Positions 12,001-23,726 of a stretch of 64,000 nt of DNA are shown here, in pieces. The stretch is from Phoronis australis (lineage: Eukaryota > Animalia > Phoronida), in contig NMRA01000034.1 in the NCBI GenBank assembly GCA_002633005.1, forward strand, positions 1,015,766-1,079,765, written 5' to 3'. The translations under genes were made by a program, and so were the position numbers. Positions within the stretch are counted from its first letter, which is position 1; every line of letters begins with the position of its first letter. Under the pieces are notes generated by a model. That model was not told the origin of the DNA, did not search any database, and worked only from the letters and a program-made list of their open reading frames with translations.

Positions 12001-15000
12001 GACATTTTAGATATTACCAAATAGTAACAATAGTAACTTGGGTTCAATTTGACAAGGGCTATTTCTCAATCCATCGTAGGCTTTATATAATGTTTCATAC
12101 TGTTTTTGTCAAATTATTTTTAATACTACTAATACTACTAACTGTTTTGCTTTCTGCCGAGTTTCTATCTTGTGATTTTATCTTTCAGCTTTAAGAGCCA
12201 AAACAGTGAAACTTATCACCAGATGATTACCAAATACCACAGTTTTTCAGTTAGTCTGCTACTTCTCAAATAGAAAAGTTCGACTGGGCAATATTAATAA
12301 GCACTGCCTTAAAAGCTATTTACATCTAATTTGGTCACCGTGTGTTGTTTTTATTTGTCATAACATAGTTTAGTTACTAAAAGAATGATGTGGTATTGTT
12401 GATTATGATCAGCGTTTGTTAATCCTTCATGTATATCAATATGCAAGGTCGTTATCTTCAATCCGTAACCAAATTTGTAGTTTTTAGCTTATTAGTTTAT
12501 CGATATTTAAAAATCGAAAACCATACCATGTTGTTTTTTCCAACTGAACACTGAAATGCTTATTTTTAACAAAAAATTATTGTTTTTCACATGTTGAAAA
12601 CTCGCCAGTGTGTTTACTACAGTTTATGACCGCATAATTACATTTAATTAGGTCTTGCTCAGACTGGATAATGAGGTCGTCAACACACCGAACAAGGTTG
12701 AAGGAGCAGCGGTGAAAATTTCTGCATATCGTTTGAAATGCGTGTTTTCCTTGTAAGCGAATTATCCATGGCATGAGATATGACACGTTTTACAGTTTTG
12801 GATTTATTTTCTCTACTGATAGTGTTGATTTTCTACTATAAGGTTCAAAAGGAACATCACAAGTCACAGGTCACTTACTCTCCATGGCCCATTTGTAAAA
12901 TTCATTGGTCAGATTAGGGATAGTCAGGTCCGAGTCTTGCAGTTTTTCCAGTCTTTTCACAAAATCTGAAATGACCTTGTTTACTTGGATATCAAATGTC
13001 GTAGTGACGTCAGTCTTCAACATTTTGTCAGACAGAGCATGGCGATACTTGTACCATTCTTCATTTTCTCTACAACGTGACATATCGCTAGTGTTAGAGT
13101 GGGCTACAATTACTGCACAAATTACCTTTGGCCGACAATTTAAAGTTGCATAATTATAAGGTCAAGCTAAAGTCATCAACCACAAACCAGAAAAATCCAT
13201 TTTTAGGAATGATACGAGTCTGGCAATTAAAGCAATTGATGAACATTCATAATAATTGTGTAATTGTGGGCTTACTTTCCAGGTATTTGATTCAAGATAA
13301 AAATTGTGCCGTTTCCAAATACCATAAGATCTAAGTCCATGGCCTTATCTTTGAGAACGATGTTAAATTAAGAGTGTAAGAGCATGTTCTTAAATTCAGG
13401 ATCAATGCATTTCTAAGTACTCCCAGAAAACATGTTTAACTCCTTTCCTAATGCATTGGCCTAAATTTACAAGTTTCCTTGCTTTCAGCAGTACCAACCA
13501 TTATGACCATGGCTGATTTGCCGAAAACACAGTCAAGAAAAGTAGACTAGCCTTGTATCCAAACATAAGGATATTATTAATCACCTTACATTTGAGATTG
13601 GTGCATCAAATTCAAACGTTACCTGAAAGTACATTGCCTATAAGGCCATGGAATTTCATGGTATATGTCCTGGGGGGGACTTGCAATCAGAAATTTTTAT
13701 TACACGAAGTTTGTAATAAAATAAATCCTTCAGAGCCATCAGGCTAATTGGTCCAGTTGCTTACTCTTGTTTATGAAGAGTAAGTGGATAAGAGTCAGCT
13801 CTGGTTACACGGGATGCTAGTCAACCCCCGCTTACTTTCCAGCCACTTGGATACAGTGGCCAATAATTGAACCCTTCCCTTTCAGTTGATAGTCCACCAG
13901 GACCACACTATACACTGAGCTACATAGGCACTACTAAGAGTTGAGACTTTTGAAAAAATATATACTCACGAAGTAAGTAATGCATAGCTCTCTCCCGCTT
14001 GGTGCCTAAAGTGTTGCCATGCTGAATGTACATAGTGAGGTTTTTGTGGAAACTTATCCATCTGTTGCATGGCGTCTTGTAGTGCATGGGCCTCAGTAAT
14101 GTGTACTTGATACACACCTCGTATCTTCTCCTTGAACACGGGACCGTACTTGGCTGCATCTTCTTTCTGCAAATAGGAATGATAAGCGCATCAAGATCAG
14201 AGCTGTTTAAGTGACATTTCCTCACATTATCACTGCCTAAAACGCTAATTATAAACTACGTTACACAGCATGAAAGTTTAGAAACATCCAGTTGAAGTAA
14301 CAAATACAGAAATACTGGTAATTGCTCGCTTGAGTTAGTGATGATGAGTTCGTCTCTCACAAATATTGGATAGTGTCCTGACCTCGTTGCCAGGTCATCT
14401 GGTTAAAACGTCACCTATTGCCCAGAACGATAGTAACACCACTATCAAAGCTGAAGTTCGTGAGAGACGGATGCAACGTCGCTAATTCAAGTAAGCAAAT
14501 TCCAGTTTTTGAGTCAATTTTTCTGTATTGAGTTACAGAGCAATAATAAATAAGTCACAATATTATTGTTTTCATGAGCCAATGATAGAAAATAAATTCT
14601 ACCCCAAACGAGATCACCCAAATATAAAAATTGTGTCAAAACAATCAACTTTGAAGGACCTGACCAACTTGTGCCCCTTCTAGTCATGGCCAACTTGTGC
14701 CCCTTCTAGTCATGGCCAACTTGTGCCCCTTCTAGTCATGGCCAACTTGTGCCCCTTCTAGTCATTGCAATGCTAAGATTATATAAATTCTAATTTAATG
14801 GTTGTTACATCTTAGGCAGACATTAATTAGAGTTAGAAGAAACATGGAAATGACAGATTTACATCAAAGAAATGTTGATTTTCCCTGTTGTGAGAAAATT
14901 AACACCTTTTGAGCATGCCTCAACAGTTCTCAGTTGAAAAATTGGCTGCTTATTAAGTGATCTTCATTCTGACTCATATATCAAATAAACAGGCTATGTC

Positions 15001-17951
15001 AACAAGTAATTAAAGTATATGTATTCTGAAAGAAAAAAGATCAGAGATTATAAAAATATTTTTATCTATATGCCATTATTATTACACTATTACCTTTTTA
15101 AGTCAAACTTTGATTTTTAAGAGACTCCTTTGGTCGATTTTCATGAATCCCTTTTTAAATGAAAACTTCTACAATTTACCTAAAAACGCTGCTAGGAAAT
15201 TTCGATTACACTTAATTTTGTTTCTATGCCAAATTGACTCACAAACCTAAAGTATTCTTGTAAAAAACAGCCGTCTGATTCGTCAATCTTACAGTACACA
15301 AAAACTGTGCATTTAAAAGGAAAATCCTAACAGCATTTTTGACATTAGTATTTACAAATCTTAAACTTGGAAAGTTTCAGTGAAATTTACCAAGCGGTTT
15401 TCGAGAACTCATATTCCCAAGGTCAAATTAAGTCGATTTGCCGAAGGCGATAAAAAGAGAAATACGTCGCAAGTTAATTACTTGATAAAAGCTTGTTTTG
15501 GTTAATATAACCTATAAATGCCTTAACAATGTTCGGTATTTCAACATTCACTCACAATGTCAACTAAATTTGCAGTGCGTAATTAACTTAATTATCACAA
15601 AGACTGTTGATGTGCTAGCAGTGAAAGGCATTCTGTTCGGTTAGGAATGTTGAATGTGCGATGCAGTGCGAGAACGCGGTCCAAGGATAATACTAGTCTG
15701 AAGGAGGATAATAGTTTTATTACATACTTTTCTACTGATACTACTGAGTCTGTTACAATCCATGCAATCATACACTTATATAGTGACATACATGAATCAT
15801 AACAGGATACACTGAACAAACATGTTTACTACAATTCCTCATGTTGGGGATGTATTACATAATACACATGCACTCATCCTATATCACTCCGATATGAGAT
15901 CATACTCTAGCAAAAATGTTTTAATTTTGTATGTGGGTTTGATTTACCTCGAGTTAACTATGTCACAAGGCAGAGCCAGCAGTAAATAGGCCAACAGTTC
16001 ATTGTATACACACCACGCGCTGAGGAGAATGACATCAAGAAACCTAGTACAAAATGGACAATAAAGATAAAGCAAGTCGGTGGTTAAAATGCCATGAGCA
16101 CGAGATCGAAATAGCGGGGAGGATTTATCTTTTTTAACAACTTGCTGTGTCAGTGAACACAAAATCACAGGGGCAGTTCAGCGACTCGGACTCGGTGCAA
16201 TTCATTCTCAATGGTCGTAAGCATGCAGATACAAAACTCCCTCAGGGTAAATGTTTTATCTTTGTTTTCTGCGGCATCTTTCTATGCTATCTACACCTCC
16301 TTGATTCAATATTATAGCGACTCGGTGAATGAAAGGACCGAGGGTGTATATGGAGCTGCTCTATGCCTGGGGCCAGGAGATTGGATTTAAGCGAGAGCTC
16401 TGTAACCTTTGACCTCAGATAAAAAGTGAACAACTTCCATGCTATTGAAGGTGTTTGAACGGATTTAAAATCTTTTTTTCTCGTTACATGGTATATATTT
16501 CACATTTAAAATTCCCCGAGAATGAAGATAAGGTATTTTGGCTAGACATATGTGAAATATTGTAAGAACGTACAATTTTTGTGGAAAAGGTTTCAAATAT
16601 TGTTAAATGTCCAAGACAAACTTAAAAAACAAACAGTAAAATTCAGACAAGAACATGCATAATGCACAGACCACAATTTTGTGACTGTATGACCATTTGG
16701 AAAAATAGGCGATTGGTCTGGTAATTTTTAGCAGACCGGCAGCAGGCCGCATGGAGCACAGCCAACTTCAATGTGACAGGCTTTTGAATATTCCGTTTAA
16801 AAATACTTCTTTTCCTGTTTTTTGTTTGACTTTCATCAGTTTAACTGCAATAATGAAACACTACTTCATTTGCAAGAATTTAAAAATATACCTCAGCGTG
16901 TAGCAATGATTTGCTATGGTGAAAATATGTAATTCGGAACAGCATCAAGAATTTGGGAAGCGAAAACTTCTTCAAAAAATTGAACTTTCTTGATCTTGTA
17001 ATTTGAGACAAGGGTGATTTGGACATTCACCATATTTCTCAAATTTTGGACAATGTGCATTCAATCTACAAAGTGGGAAATTTCACCTTCTTTCTGGTGA
17101 TTCTTGAATTTGGGACCACCAATATTGTCTATTTTTAGAATTAGGGATAAGCTCTGACCTTGAGCAAAGTATGAATTAATTTTCAATGTCCCAAACTGGA
17201 GAGAATTTTTATAGTACTTGACCCACGTTTCTGATCCAAGTGACGACCACAGAGGAAACTGAATTACCTACTCCTAGCTGACTGTTGTTACCCTACTGGG
17301 TGGAGATGACTGATTGGTTGGACAAAAAATTGTGACCAGAGATGTACGCTGGATTTTTTCTAAAATTGGACAAAGTTCAGTGATGCAGTTGTTCTAGTTT
17401 GTGCACTCGGCTTTCAGATAAGGTGGACTTCGCCATACTTACATGAAATCTCTCCGTCCAACTGGATCTGACTATGTATGCACTACTAGTACTTAGCTTA
17501 GTACTAGTAGGTTATAACCATTTAATCTGTGATTCTTATTTCTACGTCTATAAGAAAATTGGTAAAGGCCGCAGACATTTTGTCCTTAACGCTTGTTCTA
17601 AATTTAATCCTGCAGAGAGCACACTCTGTTTGCAGACTGGAGCTTCAAAGAAAGAGGACATGTCTAGAACCACTGAAGATGAGTTCAACTTACAAACAGT
17701 TTGTGCCACTGTCCCTTTTCTTTGATCAAGTATTTATACGATGCACCAAGCAAACCGAATGTGTACTTCTTCTCTGGAACGTCCATGAAACTTTTCACCT
17801 CTCTGTGATCAGACGACTTTGGGCCAACCTTGTGATAGTCCCGATGCACAGTTTGTTCAAGAATAGCTATTTTCAAGTCATAGTGTGGACTCACAGGTCG
17901 TGCAATCACAGCTCGCTTCAAACAATAGCGGGCAGATAACGTCACTGACAT
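2890..17951 (-). CDS. CYP27: Mitochondrial-clan cytochrome P450, CYP27-like, 525 aa; join of 10 coding exons (17694-17951, 13970-14166, 12879-13069, 11437-11637, 8622-8791, 7393-7556, 5971-6049, 4968-5127, 3748-3791, 2890-3003)
   Basis: Exon lengths 258+197+191+201+170+164+79+160+44+114 = 1578 nt, open from ATG to TGA, all introns GT-AG with matching phases (0,2,1,1,0,2,0,1,0). Motifs: basic N-terminal presequence-like leader, C-helix EEWYKYR, I-helix EIYANVCEIMLAGVDTTSNT, K-helix PYLKMVIKESMR, PERF-like FRPERW, heme motif [32 protein letters not shown]. The I-helix and heme regions closely resemble vertebrate CYP27A1/B1/C1 as I recall them; the subfamily is not resolved. Confidence 0.93.
3748..3791 (-). 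CDS. CYP27: CYP27-like coding exon 9, 44 nt ([15 protein letters not shown])
   Basis: Acceptor attccAG, donor GTAAGT, phase 1 to 0; L-helix. Confidence 0.92.
4968..5127 (-). CDS. CYP27: CYP27-like coding exon 8 (SPLLLHT...FRPERW...[10 protein letters not shown])
   Basis: Acceptor attgcAG, donor GTTTGT, phase 0 to 1; carries the heme-ligating Cys. Confidence 0.94.
5971..6049 (-). CDS. CYP27: CYP27-like coding exon 7, 79 nt (KNAVVPLFVRMISRDVVIGGYHIPAS)
   Basis: Not in the ORF track; found by reading. Acceptor ttttccAG, donor GTTAGT, phase 2 to 0; D.VIGGY.IP motif. Confidence 0.92.
7393..7556 (-). CDS. CYP27: CYP27-like coding exon 6 (TSNTICFAL...PYLKMVIKESMR)
   Basis: Acceptor cctgcAG, donor GTATGC, phase 0 to 2; ExxR K-helix with the two basic residues used for adrenodoxin binding in mitochondrial P450s. 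Confidence 0.94.
7639..7813. mobile_element. MITE with CAG...CTG termini (hAT-like)
   Basis: 17-bp TIR CAGGGCTTGACACTAAC / GTTATTGTCAAGCCCTG (1 mismatch); no TSD recognisable. Confidence 0.6.
8278..8434. mobile_element. Degenerate MITE (possibly PIF/Harbinger-type)
   Basis: Imperfect inverted ends AGGCTGGGCGCGGTTGCATAAA / TTTATGCAACCTACACCTGGTCT. Confidence 0.4.
8622..8791 (-). CDS. CYP27: CYP27-like coding exon 5 (ARDHFNEK...EIMLAGVDT)
   Basis: Acceptor tgatAG, donor GTATGT, phase 1 to 0; I-helix AGVDT. Confidence 0.93.
9350..10638 (+). mobile_element. Defective Penelope-like retroelement (N-terminal part of the RT ORF) in CYP intron 4, antisense to the host, with inverted-repeat arms across an assembly gap
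   Basis: ORFs 9454-10071 and 10068-10351 contain VVNLS..L...E..LLSKGLNFCP, IIIKAADNGSAVVIMD, FYLLPKIHK..NPGCPII, SYVKDTNHFL, typical of Penelope-like RTs; frameshift near 10068; 9350-9472 is an inverted copy of 10519-10638. Confidence 0.88.
11437..11637 (-). CDS. CYP27: CYP27-like coding exon 4 (TVCYFLFEKRLG...WQTIFDV)
   Basis: Acceptor tttctAG, donor GTATGT, phase 1 to 1; LFEKRLG and W..H..AW..IF are mitochondrial-clan features. Confidence 0.93.
12879..13069 (-). CDS. CYP27: CYP27-like coding exon 3 (ENEEWYKYRHAL...FYKWAME)
   Basis: Acceptor ttgtAG, donor GTAAGT, phase 2 to 1; WxxxR C-helix motif. Confidence 0.93.
13970..14166 (-). CDS. CYP27: CYP27-like coding exon 2 (KEDAAKYGPVFKEKI...YALLTS)
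   Basis: Acceptor tttgcAG, donor GTGAGT, phase 0 to 2; KYGPVF motif typical of P450 N-terminal region. Confidence 0.92.
14297..14536. mobile_element. Degenerate foldback MITE
   Basis: About 65-bp imperfect inverted arms (GTAACAAATACAGAA...TTCGTCTCTCAC vs GTGAGAGACGG...TTCTGTATTGAGTTAC). Confidence 0.55.
14664..14765. repeat. Minisatellite, about 4 x 26 bp
   Basis: Unit CCAACTTGTGCCCCTTCTAGTCATGG; three perfect copies and a fourth lacking the last 2 nt; no spacers. Confidence 0.95.
17694..17951 (-). CDS. CYP27: CYP27-like coding exon 1 (MSVTLSARYCLKR...KSFMDVP...WHKLF), includes putative mitochondrial targeting peptide
   Basis: ATG at 17951 in ACAACCATG context; acceptor ttttAG at 17975-17974 leaves 22 nt of 5'UTR; donor GTAAGT at 17693, phase 0. 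Confidence 0.85.
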
Positions 17952-18684
17952 GGTTGTTAGCAGAACAGCAATGCTAAAATAGATTGAAAGATGGGTTTAT
18001 CAGCAACATCTATGTGAAAAAGATCCCACACGTACATTAGTTTCAGTATGGGGATCACAAATCAAGTTTGAGTTGCACTTTTTACCCGTATCGTTCTTTA
18101 TCTGTGCCTTAAAGCTATGCTACCATACAGCTAGCAGACTATCCAATGTGAGGTAGCCAATGTTCCTGAAACGTCATGAGTGACTGAGCAATGATTGAAT
18201 GAACGTAAGCAGTTATATCAAGTATATCATAATACTAACAGGACACAGAATGTAATCTTTAGATGAGCTGGTTCACATTGAGGCCTGATGACACACAGAT
18301 TCTTGGTGCAACAAACTCAAGTGAACACTTGACATTTCCAGTAAAACTCAAATTATATAGCCGATCCTCAGCTCTTAAAGTGTATTTTGCATGCTAATTC
18401 CTTATGTCTGTGATTGCTTGGTCAAATTAGACAGAAACACATCAATAGATAGGCACAACTAATACAACGACGATGTGAATAGCCTATATGGCTATATAAA
18501 GGCTTATAAAGCAAGTTGAAAATTGCCAATGTTTTTAAGAACAAATTTTGTGTCAAAAATGATCGGTCCTCAGTAAATCACCCAACTGTGTCCAGTAAGT
18601 ACCGTGACGTGGTGTTTGGCAATAATTTATGAGCCCCCAAGGGCCAAGGTACGTAATTAGTGCAAAGGGGGACTGCAGTGCAGG

Positions 18685-18723
18685 TGCAAATAGGTGACCT
18701 TTGCCAAAGGTCACCTATTTGCA
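18685..18723. promoter_or_regulatory. Perfect palindrome with everted nuclear-receptor half-sites (TGACCT-N7-AGGTCA)
   Basis: TGCAAATAGGTGACCTTTG-C-CAAAGGTCACCTATTTGCA, 19-bp perfect arms; regulatory function is inference only. Confidence 0.35.
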
Positions 18724-19302
18724 GAATTTTTTGTCTTCACATTTACAAGTTGTCAGTGAATACAACTACACTTTGTTTAGCGTAGACGATCGCCCTAGTT
18801 GTCGTACAACGATCACTTAATACCCAACACCGTTAACTTACTTTGACCGTTAATGCCGTTCAAGAGTTACACAACTTGTGCAAACCCCATCTGCATTAGC
18901 CAACTTTCGAACAAGCGCCCTCTGTGCTGCAGCATTGTTTCTAGCTTTGAATAATAGACGGCGCACACATCTTAGGTTGTCTCGCAACTACATGTAGGTA
19001 GCCTCGAACTGTTTCATTGAAATATTCTGATAATGCACTGGAGTAAAGCTGTGGAACAACTTTCCAAACCACCTGAGGCATCTTTGTGGATTAAAGCAGT
19101 TCTCTCAAGTGGTCTCAGTTTAATTCTCAAGGATTTGCGAATGTGATAGCTGTGATATCTACAGAATTTTGCTCTAAATAACTGTTCATCTTATCACCTT
19201 TTAATAACATACACTCGTGTATTTGTGAGGTTTCCAAATGGTCATGTAGCGTACTAACTTAGTCATGCTTAAAACTTTTTGAAAACATTTGTAAATAAAT
19301 TA

Positions 19303-20290
19303 CTATTACCATTTTACCATACTTTATTGCATTCGAGGCCAGAGGCCCAAAGTACAATATCAAACATCAGTGTATACAAGCACAGTTAAATACAAAACAT
19401 CGAGTTAAACAATTTTTTTTTCTGCACAGTCGCTAAATATACGAGCTTTACAATGTTTGATCAGGAGTTTTCATAATTTTGTTGAAGTATAGGACAGGGT
19501 TTTGGTAGTCAAAGTTTACAGTCATATATTGGTAACGGGGGTCTGGCATAAGCATTAGTCACCAACAAAAGTGCAGTTCGTCTTCAACGTAGTTCATATT
19601 ACAGAAAACGAAAATTCTATTACAGTAATATATTTTGTTTTTCCTTACCGTTTCCATTTACTAAATGGTTCGCACAACGAAACCTTGAAAATTTTTGTAC
19701 AATATGGCGAGGTAAATTGAACTGAAAGTATTCCTCTGAAGGGTAATTTAGTTTGACAGATTTAAAATAGAACTCGTGGTTTTCAAGAATGTCAACTTCC
19801 CAACCTTATAGATAACAGTCAACAATTCTCTGGGAAATTTATTTTAAAAAAAAGTTACTTCACATGTCACACCTTGATTTATTCACATATCATGTAAACC
19901 CTACTTGGACAAAAGCGATCTGATTGAGGAAGCCCAGTTACTGCCAAGAATAAATAGCATATCATACACAGCTTAGACATACCTGCCTGACGGCAATTTC
20001 AGTATCTTAAACCAATACTTTATACATGTGATGAAATCTTTTGTAAACAGTGGATGACGCCCGCACTCATTTGATGCGGCTGCATTGGAGCAAAAAGTGC
20101 TCACACCAAGCACCACTTTATATAATTTCATGTGTAAACGTTCTATGCTGTCATACTCTTTAAATTCCCAGGTTTCAGCCCCATAACAAATTTTTCGATA
20201 AATCATTTTATAAAATAATTCAAAACATAGACCGTGTGGTAGGTTTCGACATCGGTTACCTAACTTAGAAATGGACACAAGACATTTACT
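19303..20290 (-). mobile_element. 5'-truncated, degraded non-LTR retrotransposon (LINE; CR1/L2/RTEX-type ORF2 C-terminus and 3' end)
   Basis: ORF 19973-20278 LFYKMI..KICYGAETW...IERLHMKLYKVVLGV....SN.A...ECGRHPL is the post-RT region; downstream remnants SRFRCANH and CNMNYVEDELHF (zinc-knuckle region); 3' end has a GGCC-TCT-GGCC hairpin, AATAAA and short ATGGTA repeats. Confidence 0.82.
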
Positions 20291-21056
20291 TCCTTAGTTG
20301 CTTTGAAAATGTAAATAGTTTGACTATGGCTAGCCACGTGTGCTAACGCTTGTTTGTATTTCTATCCGACTTTAAATGAAGTTTGACCTCTACTACTACT
20401 ACTACCATTACTATTAGGCCTACTGGTTTACTACGCAATATAGCGCTAGTTTTCCCTAAGGAACGCTTTCAGAGCGTTTTTTTGGGTATCGCGGAACCCC
20501 GCATTTTCCCGTTAATACGCTGTCACGTATAATGAGCAGTAGAAGACGCTGTAAACAATAGCATTAGCCAATCACAAACTCAAACTGAAAAACACATTTC
20601 TGGTATACCCGCTCTAGAAGCCGCTGATACATCTACCACAGGTACTGGAGTGGATGATAGACAGAAAGTAACGGCTTGGTATAAGTTCAGACAATAAAAA
20701 CGTATTTACATGCTTGACATGCATCAAACGTTTTTCACCAATGCTTCCAGGGTCCTGGAAAATCAAATTACTGAGGTTTTAGTCAATAAAGTACAAAAAA
20801 TATATAATATGCTCTATTTGTTTTGAAAGACAGGATGTCATGTTAAAAGGACATCATTTGAGAAGACCTTTCAATAATGCCGGTTTGCGTAAAAATTCGT
20901 TTTGTATTGATTTTAACGAAAATAAAACCGAAAGAGTGTTTTTAACTCGTGTGCGAGTAGAACCACATTATTTTGGTGAGTTAAACAACATGTGAGATTG
21001 AAGTCTAAATAACACAAAGTAATGGCTGAACGTACACACCAGGAAGAAGAACTTAC

Positions 21057-21120
21057 CTCACATTTATCTGTTCGCTTTTAGCCAGCTTACAGGACGATAT
21101 GCAGTAAGAGGGTAGAAATC
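21057..21120 (-). other. Candidate non-coding first exon (5'UTR) of the CYP27-like gene; 5' boundary unknown
   Basis: Consensus donor GAG|GTAAGT at 21057/21056 on minus strand; coding exon 1 has an acceptor upstream of its ATG, so an upstream exon is expected. Confidence 0.4.
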
Positions 21121-23726
21121 ACACCTCTATAATATTCAACTTTTGGTCTAATTTTTGGAACAACACAAATTTGTGCTCTATAATACTTTCAATGAACTCA
21201 CCCAAATTATTTCAAAAGTCTTACTCTGACTTTTCTTCAATGTGGAGAAGGGCGGCGGTGGGAAGACGAGAGGAAATTGTTGGCGGAAGATTGGGCCAGA
21301 GTTTGACGAAGTAGAATTTGTCCCTGTCGAAATGTCTCATTTCTGTGGCCCTGCAGTGTGTCCTGAGTGTGATATGGGGTGAGAATCTCTGGTAAAAGTC
21401 GACGAAAACTAACCCAAAAAATAGAGGTCCGCCTTTATGCTACTTTTTCTACCATTTGCCTCACAATCCTAATTTATTATGCCTTTTATAAAAAATCACA
21501 ACAGTTCCTACATTCGGTCAGTTCAACTAGCTTGAAAACGTAGCCATTACATTTTCAATATGAACAAAAAATCGGTACAGGTAAATGTAATTAAAAGTAG
21601 TTTTAAATTCTACCACTAGGTAGCGGTATGATTTTAAAAAATCATATTTTTACTATTATTCTTCTCTTTTGATTTGTTTAATATTACCAACAGTGTTTAA
21701 ATGTGTTTTAAAGTGCACGAGACAATATTTCATATCACGTATTGAACACAAACTCTAAATTTCATCGTTTGGTCATTTTTCACTAAATTCCCTTGACAAC
21801 TTACAAGAAAATGTCAACTTTACACACCAGAGTTCTTACATATGAAAAGCACACTGAGTCATAATAAAATTGCCTGGCGAAAGTACTCACGCAACCTTTT
21901 TGAAGTTCCTACAGCTAAGGGCCCACTGACTATGTTACAATGCCTATGGAGATTACTATAGGACGGAAATGTACGACATTCCTAGTCAGTCACTGACGTC
22001 CCATATACTTGGCTCCAAAAAGAAGCTTAGTTGCAGAGCTCGTATGTCATCTGTTGTAGTTCACACTGACAGGCCTAATATCACTGTGTAACAACACAAT
22101 AATAGTAGTAAAAGCGGATTTAAAAGGGGGAATGCTCGGGCCCCACTTCGGGAAAAAAGAAGCCCAAAACGCTGTCGACCCTGCTGCAGATAGGAGTGGC
22201 ACAGCACGCTGGACGCTTTTTTCGGCCGGACTCTGCTCGAGCAACCCTCGCGACATCCTACAGTCTTCCGGTGGCTTGTATGTGAAGCAACCTGAATTTG
22301 TTACCTGCCAGGTTCACCACTGTAAAACATGACGAGGCCACGGCCCTGTCTTTTAAGGCCACTAATAATAAGGTCCGAACAAGCATGACTCGTCTATAAG
22401 TTCAGGAATTCAGCGCCTTCAAATTTCGCACAGTCCGCAGATATGTAGTCGGGGATACGTAATTGGAATGTTTTACATTTGACTCTGTATGAAAAAACTC
22501 GCAGAGGGTCTGCTTGAAACATAGTACTTGAAATTTGTAGAACTTTTTATTCAAGTTGTTCGAGAGTGAGTCACCGACCACCCTGAAATGAAGAGGCAGA
22601 CGATAATTGGTTGCAGTGCGGACAGACGAAAATATTCATTGCTATTTTAAAAGTTGATTGATTATTTTTTGCAGATAAAATTGAGGGTGTTTTTTTTCAT
22701 TTTCTATGCATGAATTGGTTACCGGGAGTTCCGGACACAGGCTTTACACGATATATCTTGCCTAGATAATGTTATTTTTATGTCGCATGAGAATGCAATG
22801 CACAAACTAATGATCACTAACGTAGCCACAGGGGGCCTTGTTCATTGCAACCCAACTGAAATTCATTTCAAATTTGAGTTTGGTTTCCCTGTTCATTGCA
22901 AAATAGCCCCAAGGTTGCCAATCATTTCAGGCCCCGGACACCAACAATTTCGCGTTTTGTCCCCTCCTGTTGAGTACTAAATCTGAATACGCAAGTGCTA
23001 ATGGTCACAATTTAATCACCAATATCTAACGCATTGTGTATTATCCGTTGAAGTTGTTACTCGTTTTTCGCTAACCGATCGACTCGTATGATATAACATT
23101 ACTAATATCTATGCTTGTAATCGATAACGGCACGTTCGGTTGCGTTACCTGACACCTGACGGTAGACGGAGTTGTTGGAATTATCCAATGACGTCATTGG
23201 TTTCACACGCAGTCTGTTCAGCAGTTCACAACACGGGCTACTGGTGTCAGCTTATCGCTTGAATTCATCGTTTAACACCAATAAATCACCAAACTTCAAT
23301 GTAAAACCATTAAAAATACAACGAGTTCTTATAAAAACGTGTTGTTTTATTTCGCTGTTACGGATTTATTGGTATTTGGACACACCGTAGCCTACAAAGT
23401 TCGGTAGGCCACTTTACCAAGGCCCGTAGCAGGAGTTTGGGGTCTGTTCGGAGATAAATTCGAAGCATTCTTCCGTGAAATACAATCAAGAGAACCTAGC
23501 TCTGTGTTGTTTAGACTTTGGTTTTTTGAGTTCTAGACACATAAAACGCTTGTTTTCCCGGCCAATGGCTCAGAACCCAATCAGGCCCGTCGCGGCCGGA
23601 CTGACTCGTCATCCTGGCCAGTGGCTCGGAACCCGATCAGGCCCGTCGCAGCCGCCAGGACTGGCACGAACATAAGCCAGCTTGAGTTGGAAACTAAACC
23701 TCCTGTCACGAAAACACCATAATAGT

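Noticed and set aside
14664-14765. Repeat array as a CRISPR locus
   Set aside because: Units are directly adjacent with no unique spacers, no cas genes, eukaryotic intron context.
18842-19158. Additional coding exon of the P450
   Set aside because: Has plausible splice sites but the frames I translated contain stops, and the protein is already complete from the ATG at 17951; at most a UTR exon.
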